IMG/VR virus record: IMGVR_UViG_3300020048_000035
From: an uncultured virus (IMG/VR IMGVR_UViG_3300020048_000035)
Lineage: Duplodnaviria > Heunggongvirae > Uroviricota > Caudoviricetes
Length of the DNA stretch: 64,000 nucleotides
Strand: one strand, 5' to 3'
The notes beneath the pieces are model-generated. The model was given only the letters and a program-made list of their open reading frames with translations, had not been told where the DNA came from and did no database searches. A program made the position numbers and the translations under genes. Below are positions 61,272-64,000 of this stretch, in pieces; the first letter of the stretch is position 1, and every line of letters starts with the position of its first letter.

Positions 61272-62041
61272 TAACCAATTACCCATGTCAGCGGTTGAGA
61301 TCCATCTACGTAATCAGTTAAATCTTTAAGACATTGTGCCATTAATTCTTTGGCGTCGGCCTTCATGGCAGCGCCATTTAGAGTGGTTGACCCCTGTGGA
61401 CCAGCAATAGTGCCAAATTTTTCACGAGCATCACCAATAATCATTTTACAGTTAGCATACATATACTGTCGAATCCACTGACGAATTTGAAAATCTGAAA
61501 GTAAATTTACCTCTGGCTTTAAATTGTATGTCCATAACAGCACATCCTCTCCGGATGCCTTGGGGTCACGAATTAGTTGAAGCTTTTTGGTTACTGGATT
61601 CCATGTATAGTTCATATATGCCCCAAACATACGACCAGCCAGTTCAACATATTGTGAATAGAAGTCGTATGTAGCTAATCCACCTGCCACATTGAAATTC
61701 ATTAAATAGACATTCAACGAAGCCTGACTAAATGGATCAAAATTTGAAGCATATGGTCCGGTTGAATCGCCAAAAGTTCTACGAAATATCTGTCTTACCT
61801 GAATAACTTCATCAGGTAAATCATAAATGCTTACATTAGCCACCAATTCCATGAACGTGTAACTTTCTTCATAAGCATTTTGTGCTCTTTGACGATATGT
61901 ACCAATACTGTTGCGATATGCCGATTCGTAATGACTAGCATCCAGCTCTATATCAATAATATCATCGGCTAATTGAAGCCTAACATATTCAATTAGATCT
62001 TGTTTAAGTGTTTCTAGTGTAGATTGTGATTGCTCTGCCAT
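61271..62041 (-). CDS. Neck/head-tail adaptor protein (gp13-like)
   Basis: L..YV.LQL...IDIEL, G.AREKF..I.GPQG...LNG. Confidence 0.8.
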   Translation of the reverse strand: MAEQSQSTLETLKQDLIEYVRLQLADDIIDIELDASHYESAYRNSIGTYRQRAQNAYEESYTFMELVANVSIYDLPDEVIQVRQIFRRTFGDSTGPYASNFDPFSQASLNVYLMNFNVAGGLATYDFYSQYVELAGRMFGAYMNYTWNPVTKKLQLIRDPKASGEDVLLWTYNLKPEVNLLSDFQIRQWIRQYMYANCKMIIGDAREKFGTIAGPQGSTTLNGAAMKADAKELMAQCLKDLTDYVDGSQPLTWVIG

Positions 62042-62071
62042 ATGGACTCCATGTCCATATATTTAGCAGAT

Positions 62072-63228
62072 TTACCACGCCTTTAAGATTACCAAATTAT
62101 CGTTACTACGCCCTGTATATTTGATTTCAGTGGATTTGATCTCTTTAAATGCCTTACGAGCGGCAGGTTTACCTACACTCATGATAGCTTTGATTTGTTC
62201 CTTGGGTTTGCGTAGAGTTTTCTGAATTGTAGCCAAAGCATCAAATGCAATCAAGGATGATCCTTTGATTGTAAATGTTCCCGCGTGTGTGTCCGCGACA
62301 ACATAGATCAACTTACGCTTTGATGTATCATAAATGAAAGCTTCAGACGCACCCACTAAACTAGTTGCTGGCAGAGATGTAAGACCCAGTTCAGCAAATT
62401 CTTTAAGATATTTAAATTTTAAAGCTACTTTTTCTGGACTCACTGCCTTTTTGGCACGAGGCTTACGTTCTACTTTCTTAATTGAAATATAAGATTGACA
62501 GTCAGCAAGTACAGTTTCGCAGAATTTTACACAGCTTTTTAGCTGTGGCTTAGTAAGATGGCTATATCCTTCTACTAATTGTGGATCCTTGCCTTCTACA
62601 ACTTCTTCAAGTTCTGTTAGCCGCAACTTCCATACTGCTGTGATATTAGGAATCATTTGTGTGGAAATATTCATGCCGCGAATTAACGCAATAGGTTTGA
62701 AATTTGCCGACATCTTGGCATCAGCCTCAATAAAATCGTCATACATAGCTTCAAGTTCAGCAGCACATTCTGACGCTTTTTCGCGCAGATGATCTTGGAT
62801 GGTTAGCTTTTGTTGTGCCGATTCTTCGGAAGTGGCAGCAACTTTTTGTTCTTCTTGTTTACTGGCCAATAAATCAGCAAGGTGTTCTGACAATACAGAT
62901 TGCTCCATTTCTGTGAGTTGTAATCCCATTACCGACATCCTGCAGATCCATCCTGTTGTTGTTTTTACACGACTATCAGGAATACCACGCATCAGTTTTG
63001 CTNNNNNNNNNNTTCTTTAACTTTTTTATTAATTTCAAAATATTGAATAATTAAATCTTTAGCTTCCTTACGGCTATAAGAATAGTTATACCAATTGAAT
63101 GCCTTGGTTAACGCAGTAACGCGGGTTTCTGCATTAGGTTGTGTAAGCCACTCGGGTTCTGAGCCAATAAATTTAGCATCTTCGCCCCGTGGAACAAGTC
63201 GTTTGATTGTGGTTGATAGTTTTGTCAT
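62072..63228 (-). CDS. Conserved hypothetical early protein (spans N gap 63003-63012)
   Basis: N-terminal AFNWYNY part joins the KTLRKP..GR.N part; own sigma70 promoter. Confidence 0.7.
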
Positions 63229-63237
63229 AGTGTTACC

Positions 63238-63266
63238 AGTGTAGTAGTTAAATTAAAAAATGTCAA
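63238..63266 (-). promoter_or_regulatory. Sigma70 promoter
   Basis: TTGACA-17-TACACT, 9 nt before ATG 63228. Confidence 0.75.
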
Positions 63267-63514
63267 GTTAAAAGTAACGCAAGTGTTATATGATACTCTA
63301 AATTGTCCAATAATACTGTTGTTGAAGCTAATAAATCCTTATATTTGGGTGTTTCTTTCTTAAGTCGTCTACATTCTACCGATTCTTTGCTAATTTCTTT
63401 AACAAAAGAATCAATATTTTTAATCATTTTTTGAAGATCACGCTGATTTTGTTTCTTTTTAACAAGAAACAGTTGTTTTTCAGCGGCAGATAGTCGTTCT
63501 AAAATTTCATCCAT
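63263..63514 (-). CDS. Hypothetical protein
   Basis: 83 aa helical. Confidence 0.65.
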   Translation of the reverse strand: MDEILERLSAAEKQLFLVKKKQNQRDLQKMIKNIDSFVKEISKESVECRRLKKETPKYKDLLASTTVLLDNLEYHITLALLLT

Positions 63515-63520
63515 GTAGTA

Positions 63521-63549
63521 ATTATGTATGGTTTGTAATTAGTTGTCAA
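63521..63549 (-). promoter_or_regulatory. Sigma70 promoter, leaderless
   Basis: TTGACA-17-CATAAT, 6 nt before ATG 63514. Confidence 0.75.
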
Positions 63550-63574
63550 GTGAATCTTAACTAAATACTAGACT

Positions 63575-64000
63575 ATGCCCAAACTCAGCCTATACAGACC
63601 CAACCGAACCAATGACTATCAATATTTGGATCGTATCATATCCGAACGATATACTATAGGTGGTGTGGATATGTATGTTCACAAATATATGGGTCCAATT
63701 GTAGATACCACAGACAATCCAGGTAATGCTGATGCTACCCTACCAGTATATACCTCTGAGAATCCCTTGTTTATTGAAGATTTACTCTTGCTGGAAAACA
63801 GAGACCGAGCATATGATCCAAACGTTTATATCATGCGTGGAGTGTACACACACCAAGATATTAACTTTGATCTAACACAATTTGGGTTGTTTTTAAACAA
63901 CGATACCTTATATATTACATTTCACTATAACGATATGATTGATAGCTTTGGTCGTAAATTGATGACAGGCGATGTGTTAGAATTACCAAGTATGAAAGAT
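63575..64000 (+). CDS. Neck/head-closure protein (gp14-like), runs off window edge
   Basis: MPKLSLYRP..IEDLLLLENRDR.Y..FDLTQFGLFL..GRKLMTGDVLELP; TAAATA 7 nt upstream. Confidence 0.75.
   Translation, partial: MPKLSLYRPNRTNDYQYLDRIISERYTIGGVDMYVHKYMGPIVDTTDNPGNADATLPVYTSENPLFIEDLLLLENRDRAYDPNVYIMRGVYTHQDINFDLTQFGLFLNNDTLYITFHYNDMIDSFGRKLMTGDVLELPSMKD

Noticed and set aside
12440..63012. Apparent split or frameshifted nrdB, uvsW, terminase, sheath and others, suggesting introns, inteins or programmed frameshifts
   Set aside because: Each break coincides with a 10-N scaffold gap (12440, 24586, 26851, 35025, 43093, 45346, 50506, 56489, 59618, 63003). True gap lengths are unknown, so nothing can be concluded.
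8..63020. Many short ORFs antisense to or nested in the called genes (e.g. 8-358, 7000-7380, 24634-25020, 26663-26899)
   Set aside because: Shadows of real genes with no motifs or expression signals; the SGCWI repeat ORF is the antisense of the NPATA repeat.
1..64000. Stop-codon reassignment as seen in some jumbo phages
   Set aside because: Conserved genes are full length in the standard code, and TAA, TAG and TGA all end genes.
1..64000. CRISPR array, tRNA genes, IS elements
   Set aside because: No repeat-spacer pattern, cloverleaf or transposase was seen by eye; tRNAscan was not run.

Overview
AT-rich 64 kb segment of a large T4-related (jumbo-type) myovirus, with almost all genes on the minus strand. 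The perfect sigma70 promoters and the IscU and class Ia RNR types suggest a proteobacterial host (inference). It carries replication and recombination genes (gp41 helicase, gp61 primase, gp32, UvsX/Y/W, gp62-like subunit, a miniature DnaE-like protein), nucleotide metabolism genes (nrdA/nrdB, glutaredoxin, dNMP kinase) and host-like genes (clpX, iscU, iscA, def, class II aldolase). Virion genes include terminase, neck, sheath, tube, PAAR, a tailspike and many candidate internal head proteins. Ten 10-N scaffold gaps artificially split several genes. The most notable signals are post-transcriptional. About 15 genes appear leaderless from both sigma70 and T4-like late (TAAATA) promoters. There are also leaderless mini-ORFs, an H-type pseudoknot in the gp32 leader, RBS-masking hairpins and a candidate sRNA with an anti-Shine-Dalgarno seed. 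A counter-oriented nucleotidyltransferase island and capsid-targeted polyprotein-like cargo also stand out. Protein calls come from motif recognition only; no searches were run.
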